Shown: positions 13,149-43,168, numbered from the stretch's first letter. The stretch is 64,000 nt of DNA from Antedon mediterranea (GCF_964355755.1 NC_092673.1:25479648-25543647); one strand, 5' to 3'. The notes: generated from the letters alone by a model not told the origin. Made by a program: numbers and translations.

Positions 13149-14014
13149 GTTTAACGTAACGTTCCAGACCTAAACTATGTAGGCCTAATAAAACGTTTTC
13201 TCCCAAATCGGCAAAATAATGGTCCATGAAAACCACGGACTGAGTATCCGTTACAGAAAGTTTCGTTTCGTCTATGACAAAATATTACTCTGGTGGGGAA
13301 ATAATGCATTATTGGGCGTCAAAAGCGAAAACGGTCGATGGTTGGCAGAATAGAATTTTAGTATTCTGAATCTAGTATCCCCATTCCGTATTATAATTCA
13401 TATTACTGACTGAAGTGAATAAAAGTTACCAAATAATGGGGTGGCGATTATAAAGAGCAAGGCTACCTGGATGCTATTATTGGAAATTATAAAGTCATTT
13501 ATATCGAGTTACCGTATCTGGATTACAATATTACTAGATTCACATCAGGTTATACGGAGTATAATATAATACTATAGGACTATTTCCAACATTTATTTCA
13601 ATTTTAAACATAATATTCCAAGGCTTCACTGTTACAATATTGAAACAAATTTAGGGCCCTAAATGATCAGTTCCATTAGGAACTGGATAGGCTACCCTCA
13701 GTAAATATGATAATAAATAAATAAATAAAATAAATAAAAATAAGATGAATAAAATTTAAAAAAGTAGGCCTCTATATGATTTTCAATTCAAACCCCCTAT
13801 TTACCTTTAATATAATAAGTACAGTATTCGATAAACATTAATCATCTGTAGCTCAAAATTATTTATAAACTAGTCATGTTTCACATTCAATATTCTAAGG
13901 CACTCTGAATAAATAGCGATACGTTTCTGTTTGAACAGTCCTGATTCTGATCAACTAGCACCCGTTTTCATTTGGAAACATTTAGGCCTAGGCCTGCCAT
14001 GTTCTTTCATCCAT

Positions 14015-17000
14015 TTACCATCCACCACTGCTCGGTGCCAGGCCTTCCTCTTTTCTCCATAATGCTATTCTGTTCTGAAACCATTTCTGAGGATACAGGA
14101 GAAAATAATTTCAGAAAACGTTAAATTCGATGCATCATTAATAATCAAACAATACTTGTATTTATTACGGTTAATATCCGTTTGTACAACAATACGATAA
14201 ATAGATAGATGTACATTTTTCCACAGAAAAAAAGTAAGATTTTCATTCTAGAACCAAGCTCGATAACCAATATTAACATTTTTAGTTCAATTAAATGACG
14301 TCATGATCAATACAAGGTTTATCGTATTTCTTATGTTTTCAGTATATATTTATGTATCGTCGATTGTTAACGTCCGTAGTATGTGCCTTTTCGATCTACA
14401 GTATATAGGCCCATACATTCACATATGTTTTCACAATATCACAGTATATTATTATTGATTAATTACATCTCGTAATGTTTTAATAAATGTCATTTGTTCT
14501 ATAATTTACAAACACTTAATTTCATTATTCGACATGCTAATCCCTTGCGTGTTGTTCTGAATCCCACTAATGGACTAAAGATAGAATTTACGGCGACTAA
14601 CAGAGCACATAATGTTATTTAATGGAGCAACAAGAAAACATTATCTGTGAATGCCTCAAGTCATGTCTAGGTTTGTGTCAGTACACTGATAAATGATGAT
14701 ACCGATGCTGTTAAATGGACATTCACTTTCCACTCAGAAAGGAAGACAACATTTTAAATGTATAGCATGATCAAATGGAATCATATCAAAACTGTATCAG
14801 ATGATGAGTGTAATGAGTATAGGCCTTAAAATTAAAAAAAAAAAATTAATAAATAAAGAAAAAAAAACATAGTATAGGCCCACGTGTGGGTGACTGGAAT
14901 CGAAGCAGGGTAGACTATTGTGCACCTTTGACGTTCATACCTCAAGTCTGTTTTTTTTTCAATGTTTAGTATTACAGTCAATTTTGTCAATGCAGTCAAA
15001 TGCATTTTGAATTTGGATTTGTTAATTACAAATCAAGGATTACCCTTTACTTTATTAAATTTAAAAGCATCCCGAACGCCATCACAATTAATTCATCATT
15101 GAGCATCTGTATACAACCTGTAGGCCTAGTACGACCGTTGTTTCTAATTAATTATTATGAACGTAGGCCTATAATACGTCAGTATATTTTTGTAAATAAA
15201 CAGTAGGCTTTCAAATTAAAATCTGCTTTACTGCTAAAACAGTGGAATGACTCAAAACGTATCGTGCTCAACGTATCCGAATTGAAATATCTGTCGTATT
15301 AACGTTTCCGACGAATGCTAGCCTTCATCAATTAATACAAGGCCTACACCATAAAGCTCTGTACACTATCAAACTAGTTTGACAAAGTCTGATGGGACAT
15401 CATCATGTCCACATAATGGGCATATCACATGTGTTTGTCACATAAAGTTTGATAGTGTAGACAGCTTTAGGTATATCGATCACACAATATTTAAACAACT
15501 TCAAGCAAACACTACATCACTATGGTCGCGCTGTTTGCATATATGTTCGACAACCTGCAAGGGTCAAAGAAACAGGGCATTTATAATTCACAATTATTAA
15601 CATTAAAACATATGTTTTTGACTTGTGTCTTGGGACCGAAACTCTGGACTTATTTTATTATTACCCAAGGTTAACAAACTACTGGACATGCTTTGTCATT
15701 TCCGAGTATGATTCAGATCTGATCGAAACTTTTCTCATCGCTCTTCTTAAAAATAAACACACTTAAATATGTATTCGAAATATTGTTGTATTAATGAAAT
15801 AGAATAAAAAGGTCGAGGTAAAAAAAAATGTATATACCCTACTTTAAATCGTTTCCAGTCTTGGAAAAATAGTTTTTAAAGTATAATACACAATTTATTA
15901 AACAAATGTAGGCCTATTTCAGTCTCAATTCGTTCTAATTTTACATCGATTTCATTGCGATGCTTCTACTTTGAAAACTAGTTAATTCATTAGACCTCTA
16001 AACAACAAACATCTAACAAGCCGTTTCAAAAGGTCAATAGACATTTTACAGATCTATTTTAAAATATTAGAGATATGACAGTAAATTATGGGAAGAGGTT
16101 AGTTAATTATGAAATGACCTATAATAACTCTATTAATCAATAACAATCATGCTAAAAACAGACTGCTAACAGTAAATAATATATTGAAAGGAAAGTATAT
16201 TGAGTAAGGTTTATATGGACTACTATAACAAAAAGTCGGTTTCGAAAAGACGCCCATTGTCTTATTTCAAAGAGTTTCAATGGAGGAAATATCTTCTGGA
16301 AACTTAATGGACATGGGCTCTTTACGTAGACGTAATTTGTGTGTGTAAATTTCATGGACGTCTTCACGAGGACGCCATCTCTTGTAAACGCAAAGCATGC
16401 ATCATCTGCAGAGTAAGATTATAATAGATAGACGTCTTTTCGAAGACCTAAATGACTATCTATATACTATATATTATATCTAAAGGACTTCTTTACGAAG
16501 ACGTCATCTTGAATGAAGACCACATTGACGTCTTTACGAAGACGTCGTCATCTTGAATGAAGACCATTGACGTCTTTACGAAGACGTCATCTTGATTGAA
16601 GACTATTGACGTCTTTACGAAGACGTCATCTTAAATGAAGACTTTGGACGTCCATACTTTACTATAAATTACTTTCTGTAAAGACTTCATCTCAGATAAA
16701 CGTACGAACTTCTTTTTCGAGTAAAGGATTTCTTCTCTCAAGAAAGGTCATTTCACTTTATTTCAATCACTATTGCATTATCTACAGGCGATTGAAAACA
16801 TAATTGTAAATCTGATACGAGTATAAGTTGATTTAAACATTGCATTAATATTACAGCGCATTTGAAACATCCTGGCTGCTTTTTCATAATCATGATAGAG
16901 TTAATTTACCTCCCTGTTCACGTTTAAGTCCACAGTCGCAGTGGGATGTTTTCTACAGCTGGTAATTTTATCATCTAGGGCAGCATAGCCCTCTGATCAG

Positions 17001-17900
17001 CCATTAACAGTAATTATAATACGGTTTATAATGCATGTACATTGCATTAGAAGCATCTACTATAATGAGATTATGATCTATTATTGATGCTAATTTTAAT
17101 ATTTATTGTTGTGTGGTGGACTTGACAAGATTGGATTTAGATGTGCGGTATATGAATTCAATAGTGCTTAATATATTATATTCTTCAAGGATTAAGCCAA
17201 ACGCACTTATATGAATTATACAAATAGTGAAGTTTAAAACCAAATAACTGAAGTTGTTTACTATAAGTCATAAATACCATAAACAGCAAGGTTTACATTA
17301 TACAGTATTTGCCTTTTCTGTTGGCCTATGTAGATACACAATAGTATATAGGCCTACTGTGTATGATATAGCCTAATTTACCACCATCACAGGGTCTAAT
17401 TCGTACTATTAGGCTACTACGATAGTTTTCAAAACCTAACTTAAGGTCTAATCATTTATATTATGAAACTATATTTATAAACGATGAGTATTAAATAAAT
17501 GTGAATTAAACTGAATTATAAAATACATATTACTACAGTAATACATTACAAATCGCCAGCACTTTTCTATGGTACTCAATATAGTAGGCATATACCATGT
17601 ATTATTATCGGATTCTACTACAAGTTCTTCTGTTACTAATTGATTAATTACTGACATGGTAAAACGTCCATACGGTATCGGATGTAATAAGAAATAGTAC
17701 ACGATACTCACCTCTGTATCTTTTACACTTAAACCAGCTTCTGCCGCTATAATCTCCAACATTATATCATCAACGTTCTTACTTTGCTTAAAGTTGGACT
17801 CCAATATCTTTTCTTGAGTTGGACTAAGTTTAACTTTATCCTTGTCTGACGTTGCCAACTTGGCCTCTACGACCCTGGTAGGTGTTGGTAATGCGTCCAT
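14015..17900 (-). CDS. HOPX: HOPX-like homeodomain-only protein (~86 aa)
   Basis: Exon 17900-17712 (MDALPTP...QEKILESNFKQSKNVDDIMLEIIAAEAGLSVKDTE, donor GTGAGT) joins exon 14086-14015 (KWFQNRIALWRKEEGLAPSSGGW*). IAAEAGLS...KWF..R...WR..EGL is the HOPX signature. The intron lies between homeodomain codons 46 and 47 (PRD-class position). A polypyrimidine/AG just upstream of the ATG suggests a further 5' exon. Confidence 0.88.
15355..15466. mobile_element. Harbinger-like MITE family 1 copy (internally deleted)
   Basis: AGCTCTGT(CT)ACACTATCAAAC...GTTTGATAGTGTAGACAGCT with TAA/TTA flanks. Partial copies also at ~19146-19200 and ~23070-23200. Confidence 0.75.
16486..16652. repeat. ~39-bp tandem repeat with internal hairpin (GACGTCTTTACGAAGACGTC)
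   Basis: Four near-identical units; degenerate related motifs extend from ~16240 to ~16700 in the HOPX intron. Confidence 0.85.
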
Positions 17901-20731
17901 ATCGAATAGGTCTAACACACGTGACAGAAAAGGAAAGAGAGTTTCCGAAGACTTTAAACTTCAAATTCAGTAGGCCTATACTAATAACGCTGCTCTTGAC
18001 GTCTCTGTGTTTTTAGCGTGTGACAGTATTGATGCGTATAACCACGATTGTTGCCCTTCAACAACGTCAATACATGTTATAATCGATTTCAACTAAAAAC
18101 AACAATGCAGTGTCGTGTAGTAATAATTACGTAGCGATAAACTCCCACTATATAACCGATGTATTGTATATCACTGAATCAAATCGACCAATACGACACG
18201 CTTCATCGAACGACTATATCTCGATATAACTCACCAGTCATAATTATATTATTCGATAAGGGGAGGAGTTTACATATCGCATGCATACGTTAATGCACCA
18301 CAAGGCCGGATGATGAGTTACCGTTTATAACACTGGGTCCTTGAAAATTAAAGCGAGAGGGGTAAATTCAACCAGGGTATATCATTCTGGTATGATAACA
18401 TGCATTGGAATATTTCTAACTCAGAGAACTTGGTTTGTTGATACTGGACCTGTATATCTGATATAGGTCGTACCTTAGTCACGTTAGGAACATAGAAACC
18501 TGCTTTTAGTATGCCTATACCAATATTGACCATTTATGATAAGTGCCATTGTTCAATTTATGTAGGCAGTGTATATTTTAAGATAAACGGGATACATGTA
18601 TTTTGTTGTGTGCTGGCCAATTGGGACATCAAATGCCGTACGCGCAGCGCAAGTGAGTGTTTCGTTATATCATATATCCAAGTGGGAACCAAGTCTTAGA
18701 TAATGAGACCATGAATAAATTAATTTCAATTTAAATAATTTAATTGTATGCCGCTGCAACGCGTTTGATGAGTAGAATATTAAAATAATAATGTCTTTCA
18801 ATTAAAAACAATAATATGACCTAATTAATACATTTTAAATATAGATGGTATGGTACAATTCTAGTTGCTCAAAATGAGATGTTTACCGACATTTCCTTGT
18901 TTTTTTACGAAGACAAATAAAGTTTCTTGTATCTTTTATCTATTGCAAGAAGACATTGCATACAAATTTAAAATTAGCCATCAAAATGGTTAATTATTAA
19001 TATATTTAATTCGTTCTATTGCACAGTGTTTAAACATTATTACAGTACTATACTTAAAATTTTTCACGTCTTCATACCCATCTTAATTTCATAAAATTGA
19101 CATCTAAAACTATTGGTTACGTTATAACCAGACATACTTGAACTAAAGCTCTGTCCACACTATCAAACTTTATGTGACAAAAAAAACGTGATGTTTACTC
19201 ATTTATCAACTATTTTGTTATTATATATATATTATTACTTATACATCGATATTTGATATTGCACACAAATATATATATTAACAATTTAGTTCAATTATAT
19301 TAAATATTTATTTCAATTAATATTAAAGATTATATACATAGCTAGGTTTTAAGCATTTTTCTTTAAACTTTAACAATATCAAGGTGTTGAGTTATTTTAA
19401 AAATATATGTAAAACACTATTTTGATTCAAGGTATGTTTTAGCAATATCTACAGATTTTTACACAAAAAATACCAGTAGAGAGAAGCTACTAGTTTTCTC
19501 TAGCCCCTTTCCTTGCAATTTCCAAACTATAGGAACTTTTGACTAAAAGGACTTAATACTTTTTTATTTATTTACTACTTTTTTATTAATTAAGGCCACA
19601 GAATTAAACAGTTCTAAAAAAACATAAACTATTGCTTTATAAGCAATATATCCAGTTTTTGTTTAAAAGAGATCTTTGGTTTTTAAGTTCACAGCATTTT
19701 GGAATGGTTTTCCACGTACACATGAACACATTTTGTTTATACTGGAATCCATGTGCTACCTTTGCTAATGACTCTTGGTAAATCATATCACATAAAAAAA
19801 ATACTGATTCCACTATATTCTTAATAGTATTAATATTCCAATGATAATTTGGTGTTTTTTTTCCTCTTCATTTTGGGCCAGCACCTAGACTATTTCCAAT
19901 GATAACGTTGATAAGGATTTGGGACTGATGCCGCATTCATGGGGTGTATATTTGAGGACTGAAAAAGAGGCTCCACAAGACTAAGGCCCTTGTGAGGAGC
20001 CTTTTGAGTGAAATATTGAATAAAAATAAAAATAAATAAATAAATATCCCACATCAAAGTGTTACACTTTGTTGCTCAATTGGTATTAACTTTACGTTTA
20101 CCACTTGATTTTGGTTAATGGTAAAAATATATATGATATTGATTTTCAGTAAAGTAGCAGGTAGTATGTCACATGGCAGCTGGTTGGTGACTTTGGTCTA
20201 TGATACTAGGCTCTACAGTAAGCTAGATTTTGATTTACTATCATATCTTTGTACACCAAAACAAGTTGCAATTGCAAACAGAATGGTTTACAAGAGGAGA
20301 AACCACATATATGATGTCCTCTCTTGTGGCTCAAGCGATGAATTTCAGTAAATGGTGATCAAAATTAATTTTCACTAAGATAGGTAGAGAAATTTTATCA
20401 TATCATGTGGCTTACTTCTGGTTGGTGTCTTTGGTTCACGCTACAAGACTCTACAATATGGTAGATGGTTACCAAGCCGGATTGTAATATAAAACATTTT
20501 CATCAGAATCTACAGAGCCCGACAGTAAAACGCTATGGTTGTCTTCACTATGCCAAATGGCTACCAACACAGTAAAATCACAGACCACAAGTAAAATTAA
20601 AATAACCAGACATAGCTGGTTACCTGATAACCATCATTGTTACAGTGTCTACTATTTTTAAGTGTACAATTGCACGACCGATACCACATAGTGGACGCTC
20701 ACAGCTTACGACATAAGTAGTGTGAATTTGC

Positions 20732-20940
20732 AGAATTTTTAAATAGAGAGGGTAGGGCCTAAATGTTTTAAAATAAAGAGCTGAGTTTAGCCTAATTCTT
20801 TTAAATTGCAATGATATACAGAGGACAGTGCAGTAGTCGATACAGAATGCAGAATTTTGAAATGGAGAGGGCATAGGGCCTAAACGTTTTAAAATAAAGA
20901 GCTGAAGTTAACCTCATGTCCTATCTTTTACATTGCAATT
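20732..20940. repeat. Tandem duplication, period ~119 bp
   Basis: AGAATTTT..AAAT.GAGAGGG..TAGGGCCTAAA.GTTTTAAAATAAAGAGCTGA occurs twice. Confidence 0.7.
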
Positions 20941-21883
20941 ATCAAAGTTTAGGGGCCCCCGAGATGTCGGTGCATGTCTTGTATGTGAACTATGAGATGT
21001 ATAAATTAAGTGCATAATGCGATTTTGTCTGGTTTTGATTAATGAATAAATTATTTTGAATAAATATTATTATATACTGTAACACCTTAAAGTAAATTCC
21101 TGTCATTTGATTTGCCTGTTGAAGTTTCGTAATGGTATTGTTGTCTTTCTAGCATAGCTACAGTAAGCCTGTTAGTGTTAGGCCTAGGTGCTTTAGCCTG
21201 GCTAGCTATATTATGGTACAATCTAAATTACTCAATCACTGTTTTTTTTTTGGCTTTACTTTTACACTACTGTATGTAGTGTATAACAGGATAAAAGATA
21301 TATTTTACCCAATTTGGAAACTTCTAGGTAGCAAATATTGGTTGGTTTTTAGTTTTCTTTGACTTTTTCTTCTTGCTTGATTTTTCTAAAAGATGAATAT
21401 TTTTTAAAAATTAATTTTTATTAAAATATAGGACCAAACAAAAAGCTTGTACGTTCGAAACAGTAAGTCCTGGTACTGGCCCTAAAATGGTATAAAGGCT
21501 TATTTGACTGGATTATATGCATAAATGATTTTTGCCTATAAGACAAATGGTACAGTAGGCCTGAGTGGTTGTATTCACCAATCACACTTAAGGGAGATAT
21601 TTCCCTTCAATACTAAATATTTCCCTTAGTGGGGCTATGTTAGATCATATAACGTAAACATTATTGTATTTTAAATAATCTGTTATCTTACTGTTTGAAA
21701 TGCTTGAATCCTCTGAAATAAGATGAGGTTTTAAAGGACATAATGATGCTGCAGACATACTTGCTATAACACTATAAAGAGATTGTGAAGAATTAGATTA
21801 TTATAGTGGGCCCCTGAATATCAGTTAAACACACTGGGTTAACTGGAAGGAAGTCTTCAAAGATAGTTAATATTCATTAATTT

Positions 21884-22210
21884 CGAGCGAGTGAGTGGCT
21901 AAGCTGTTAAGACAGTGGAACCGTAATACGTAACCATAACAGCGGCAAAGGTTCGAGGCTCACTCTCTCCATGATTCTGGTGGTCTCAATAAGGACTATA
22001 AATTGTAGGTCCAGTGTACACATCTAGTTCATGTGCACTTTAAAGAACCTAGTACGTCTTTCGAGACGAGTAGGGGGTTACTCCGGTGTACTAGTTCACA
22101 CATAGCCACTGTCACTAACTCATCATATAACTATACGCTGGGCACTCTAGAAGAACAGTCTTTGACTGAAGAGGCTACTCAGTATAAAGAATAAATAAAA
22201 ATAATAAAAC
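21884..22210 (+). mobile_element. tRNA-derived SINE with Nin-like central domain
   Basis: Pol III A-box (GTGGCTAAGCTGTTAAG), B-box (GGTTCGAGGCT), then TAAGGACTATAAA..GGTCCAGTGT..GTGCACTTTAAAGAACC (Nin-domain-like) and an (AATA)n tail. A 5' fragment lies at ~24366-24480. Confidence 0.75.
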
Positions 22211-22292
22211 ATACTGCCTCAGAATGTATGTTAAGGCAAGTATGATAAAAGTATTGGTTATATAGTTTATCACAATATTTAAAATTCAATAA

Positions 22293-38713
<16,421 letters not shown>

Positions 38714-39734
38714 TTTGCGTAGGATTTTTGTAATCTGGTCACTCAGTTCCGTTAAGTACCATTTCGATTTACAGTATATACCTATCACGTTGCTAAGAAA
38801 CATAACGCAATAACACGAAAAGGTCATAAAATTTCATTCAAAATGCATTGAACAATCTGTCCATATTCATTATTCAAGTTGATATTGAATCTTATAATGA
38901 TGGTACAGTATATCAAGGGCCATATTACAATACAAATAACAAATGGTTACGAGTGCCAGAATGGTTGAATATTTTCATGAGTTGAACTGAATAATAATTA
39001 ATAAGGCAAAGCTGAGTCTGAAAAAATCAGGTATCTTACTGATTACTGTATCCACTCCATAAATTAAAAAAATTCAGTATTTACTACTGTATGAATTTCA
39101 AATGCTACAGTGCAATAGGTTATGATAGGGCGCATATAGTTCTGTAGGACATGCGAGGCCCTTAAGGCCTGCTATACTTGTGACGTAGAGAGTTGTTATG
39201 TAGAGGTACAACGTGCGGAGACCGCCATGTTGTCATGTTGTTTTGTTTTAAGTATTTATTAAAAGTTACCGAAACTAACGCATATCTTTGTGTATTGTCT
39301 TTACTAAGTTGTCGTTTGAGATATACTCCAAATTGGGCGCATCCTACTTAATGTTTACAGCAGCCCTGTGTCACAAAAAATTCTCAAAATGTTTACAAAC
39401 AAAAATCTTAACATAGTATGCAAATGTACCCACAAACATAAAGGATGGATTCTCAATTATATTGCATATCATGTGATACATAATCAACCAGTCAAATGCC
39501 AAGAATATTCAGCATGATCACTATAATGCACTAGCCTAATTATATAATCGATAATTATGTACCGTAATTTCTTTTGAAAGATGCATTGGTTTGATAAAAA
39601 GAATTGTTTACACATTGTTAATTTTACAAACCCGATGAAGATTTACAATCATGCATTGATGATCAAATCCAAAAATTAAACACAAAATTATAATGGATGT
39701 ATATCTTATTGATGCTTTTATCATTTGTTTAAAA

Positions 39735-40069
39735 AGATGTATTGTCCCCCAAAAACATGAAAATATCAAATGAAAAATAAAGATTAATAAAATCAGACTT
39801 TGAATAGGTTATTTTGTAGTTTTAAAAAAGTAAATCACTTTCGTAGAAAAAATAAACGGAAAAAAATAATGTTTTCACTTATAAAATAACATGATAAATG
39901 GTTAAATTCAACCAAAAATCCATTGGCTGGCAGCCAATTTGACCATTTTTTTCTTTAAATTCCATTTTTGGTCCAATTTTTGGTCGAAGTCAATAACTAT
40001 TATGTTACATTAAAATGGCATATTTAACAAAAATTTTATAAAGAATTATTTTTTCAGGGGGACAATACA
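39735..40069. mobile_element. Kolobok-like MITE copy
   Basis: AGATGTATTGTCCCCCAAAAACATG...TCAGGGGGACAATACA. Confidence 0.75.
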
Positions 40070-40139
40070 ACTGGTTAATCATGGTGGTTAGTAAGCCAGA
40101 ATTGACTGGTCTTGACTCAAGAGTGTGAATAAATAAATT

Positions 40140-40600
40140 GTAATTCAATTCAACTTTTATTTCAGACAATTGTCCATATGGTACAATACATTACACAAAG
40201 AACCAAAACTTTTATCTATTGGTATATCCTCTCTCCATTTGTAGTACATGTTTGAATCCATCAACAAATATTTATATATACAAATTAACATTCTGTTTTC
40301 GCTTTTCATTATTCTTGTAAGAATCGGTAAGTCGAAATCCTCAAATATTCATAAAATGATGGAATATTGTTTTCCACAAACAAATTCCTCGCACTAACAA
40401 ATCTGGGTTGTCCCAACAACCGCCTGAAAGCATCATTATAACAAACTTTAAGTCGGTTGATATCTTTTTTTAAATGATTAGACCATAAAGGAGAACAGTA
40501 CATGTTAATACAATATGATCTGAAGAAAAAACATTTGATTGATTTGGAGCAGTAAAAAAATTTCCTACATAAAACATTAGTTTACCTCTAATACATAGAG
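40140..40600 (-). mobile_element. CR1/L2-group LINE 3' remnant
   Basis: Minus-strand frames give RSLCIRG.., FRSYCINMYCSPLW..RLKVCYNDAFRRLLG.PR..SA..LFV, ending GTCTGAAATAAAAG(TTGAA)n, typical of LINE ORF2 C-termini and tails. Confidence 0.75.
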
Positions 40601-40990
40601 ATCTATAATGATAATAAATAATAATCATAATTGTATTGAGCCTACTGTAGTTATAAACGTTTTTATTTATCAACAGACAACATGGCATGATTCAAACCAG
40701 TGACGTCTTGTTGTAATTTATCAATAAAAATTATTCAATTCTACTTTTATTTCCAGGTTCTGATGATGTGGAGGTTGCAGTCTTTGGTTGTCCCAAATCA
40801 AAATCTTATTTGGTGTCTTAAATTAATTGCATGTGATATTTTGAGATCCACAAAACAGTCAAACAAATAATATTAATAACATGATGATGAAACCGGTCTC
40901 GAGGTCATCGCAACGCAAAAGCTAATTAAATTATTTATTAATATAGTACTAAATTATATTCTGTACCCACCTGCTGGATATGGGCTAGAT

Positions 40991-41400
40991 CAAAGAACTT
41001 ATAACACAAGAATCTCCTGTTCGTCCCGAAGCGCGTAACAATTTCGAAAGGCATTGTGGGATAGAATAGAGCTATGGGTGGCGCCATTGTGAGCCATGGA
41101 GTACGGCGCCCGCATCAAATTAGAAAGTCAAAATCATAGAGGGGATCTGCTAATGCTCTAGGTGGGATAGAGTAATTGACTGAGGAGTAGGGCGCCCGCA
41201 TCAAATTAGAAAGTCAAAATCATAGAGGGGATCTGCTAATACTCTTGGGGGATAGAGTAATTGACTTCCTAGTTTGGAGGGGGCGCTGCTCCATGCTGTG
41301 AAATGGCGTCGCCCAGTTTGACCTTTTAACCCTGTACTTCCGATACTGTGTTTTGAATGCAAATTGAAGAACAGGAGATTCTTGGGTTATAAGTTCTTTG
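40991..41400. mobile_element. 410-bp non-autonomous TIR element with target duplication (P-like)
   Basis: ~35-bp TIR CAAAGAACTTATAAC.CAAGAATCTCCTGTTC / GAACAGGAGATTCTTG.GTTATAAGTTCTTTG, flanked by GCTAGAT on both sides. Internal ~86-bp direct duplication at 41099-41265. Confidence 0.85.
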
Positions 41401-42662
41401 GCTAGATCTAAAGTGTGAAGGTTATCCCAAGTCCTTATACGATGACGTCACACACGTACCAGCACCCCATTGGCTGATTATGACGCAATGCAATTTTACC
41501 GTACCTTTAGTAAACAGAAGTTAGAATACGGTACCGTATCTTTAGCCACGGCGTATTATAATTGTAAGTTTTTTGTCGAAGATTAAAAAATAAATCTTTC
41601 ATTTTCAGTAGTGAATCCAAAAAACTACCCATCAAATGCTAGGCCTAGAATTATATCGTATAACAAACATTAAAACCAACGTGTCTTATCTCACGTATGC
41701 TTGACTAGAGATAAGGAGCCTCTTCAATTCAAGTCTTCTTCTTTTTGCATGCTCAACACAGAATCTTATTCTTATTCTTAACTTAAATTAACAAAATAGT
41801 CGAAATAAATTTAAGTCTACTAAATAACAACAACACAATGATACGTCTTTCAAATAATACTTACCAAATTAAAACATAACAAACTTATCTCGTGTTTGTT
41901 TTAATAATAACCTTTTTTCTTTTATACGATCGGTTACCTGCACGCACCACAAAAACAAACCACTAGGCCCTAGATGTCGTCGCGCGAACGACCTATCTTA
42001 AAGTTACCGCTTGGCTGATTTTACACGCTTTATGATTTTAATATTATTATAGAGGGCGATGTTACCTTTTTCATGATTTTCTTATTACTTTCTCATTCCC
42101 CACTTCAGAATTTCGAACCTTGTTTTAACTGCTTCACTATGTACCAGAAAATGAATACAAAATAGTATTAATAAACAATGTTATCTGTCACTTACGTCAG
42201 CCTGTACTATGTTTTTATAATTTATAGAAGTTTTCAGTCAGAAATCTTTGGGATAAATCATTAATACAGAAACAAAAATAAAAAAAATTTCAATTTTCAA
42301 TCAACATATTTATTTAAAGAACACACATCTGTATATTTATTCAACACTATTGTTTATTATCTAATAATTTTATAATGTAGGTTATTTAAACCACAAAAGG
42401 ATAGAGAGCAAGCTTTATAAAGAATCACAATGGTTGAAATTAATATTAATTTTCCATCATCTTGTTTTTAATTGTTGAAGTAAATTCTAAATTTATTGCT
42501 GAAAATTAAAGCATCTGAGGTATTGTAAAGTTCCACAAGTGTCTTCATGGTCAAGCATTCTATTAATTTCATTTGTACTGTTCTAGATAACTGCATGTTC
42601 CAGGTAGATTAAACGTTCAATAAACAATCCTTTAGCATTTCCTATTATGGGTAAACGGTCCA

Positions 42663-43168
42663 TTATGATGAAGTTGAGGCCTTTTTGCGTTGAGATCGAG
42701 AACGAAAGAACAAAACTATGGCAAAAGTTGCAGCATATGTTGCTACAACACACTGTAAGAAAAAATCATTTATATAGTCCTTAATAAAAGTATAAATTCA
42801 AATTTGATAAGATAATCATACTGTTCTGAAAGGATTCATAGTGTGCCTAATTAGTGGTGTTCTTTAAAAAAAATAACTTACCAAAAGTATAGAAAGACGT
42901 AATATTTTGATTTAATTAACTTAAAAAAATGTGCATTTAAAACATATTATGAATAAGTATAGACTATTATGCTTGACTTTCATTTTAATAATACATTTAA
43001 TATCCATGTTACATGATAATATCTAATTCTAACAGAGATAGACAATAGTGTATTAAAAAAAGTGAAAGCACTTACATTTCTTTTGCCAAATACTGTATCA
43101 GCATTGAATAAACGCTTCAAACCAGTGTAATGGGCAAATTTTGATTCATCAATTGCACCACCAGCCAT
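42663..43168 (-). CDS. ATP5MK: ATP synthase membrane subunit k (DAPIT/USMG5), 60 aa
   Basis: Exon 43168-43076 MAGGAIDESKFAHYTGLKRLFNADTVFGKRN (donor GTAAG) joins exon 42752-42663 CVVATYAATFAIVLFFRSRSQRKKASTSS*. Matches the DAPIT pattern TG.K..FN..T..G..NCV.ATY plus a single TM helix. An acceptor at ~43181 implies a non-coding 5' exon. Confidence 0.9.

Noticed and set aside
16486-16652. Palindromic repeats resembling CRISPR direct repeats
   Set aside because: The intervening sequences are themselves repeated, not unique spacers.
21884-21970. Possible tRNA gene
   Set aside because: A and B boxes are present but there is no convincing cloverleaf, and the sequence continues into a SINE body and tail.
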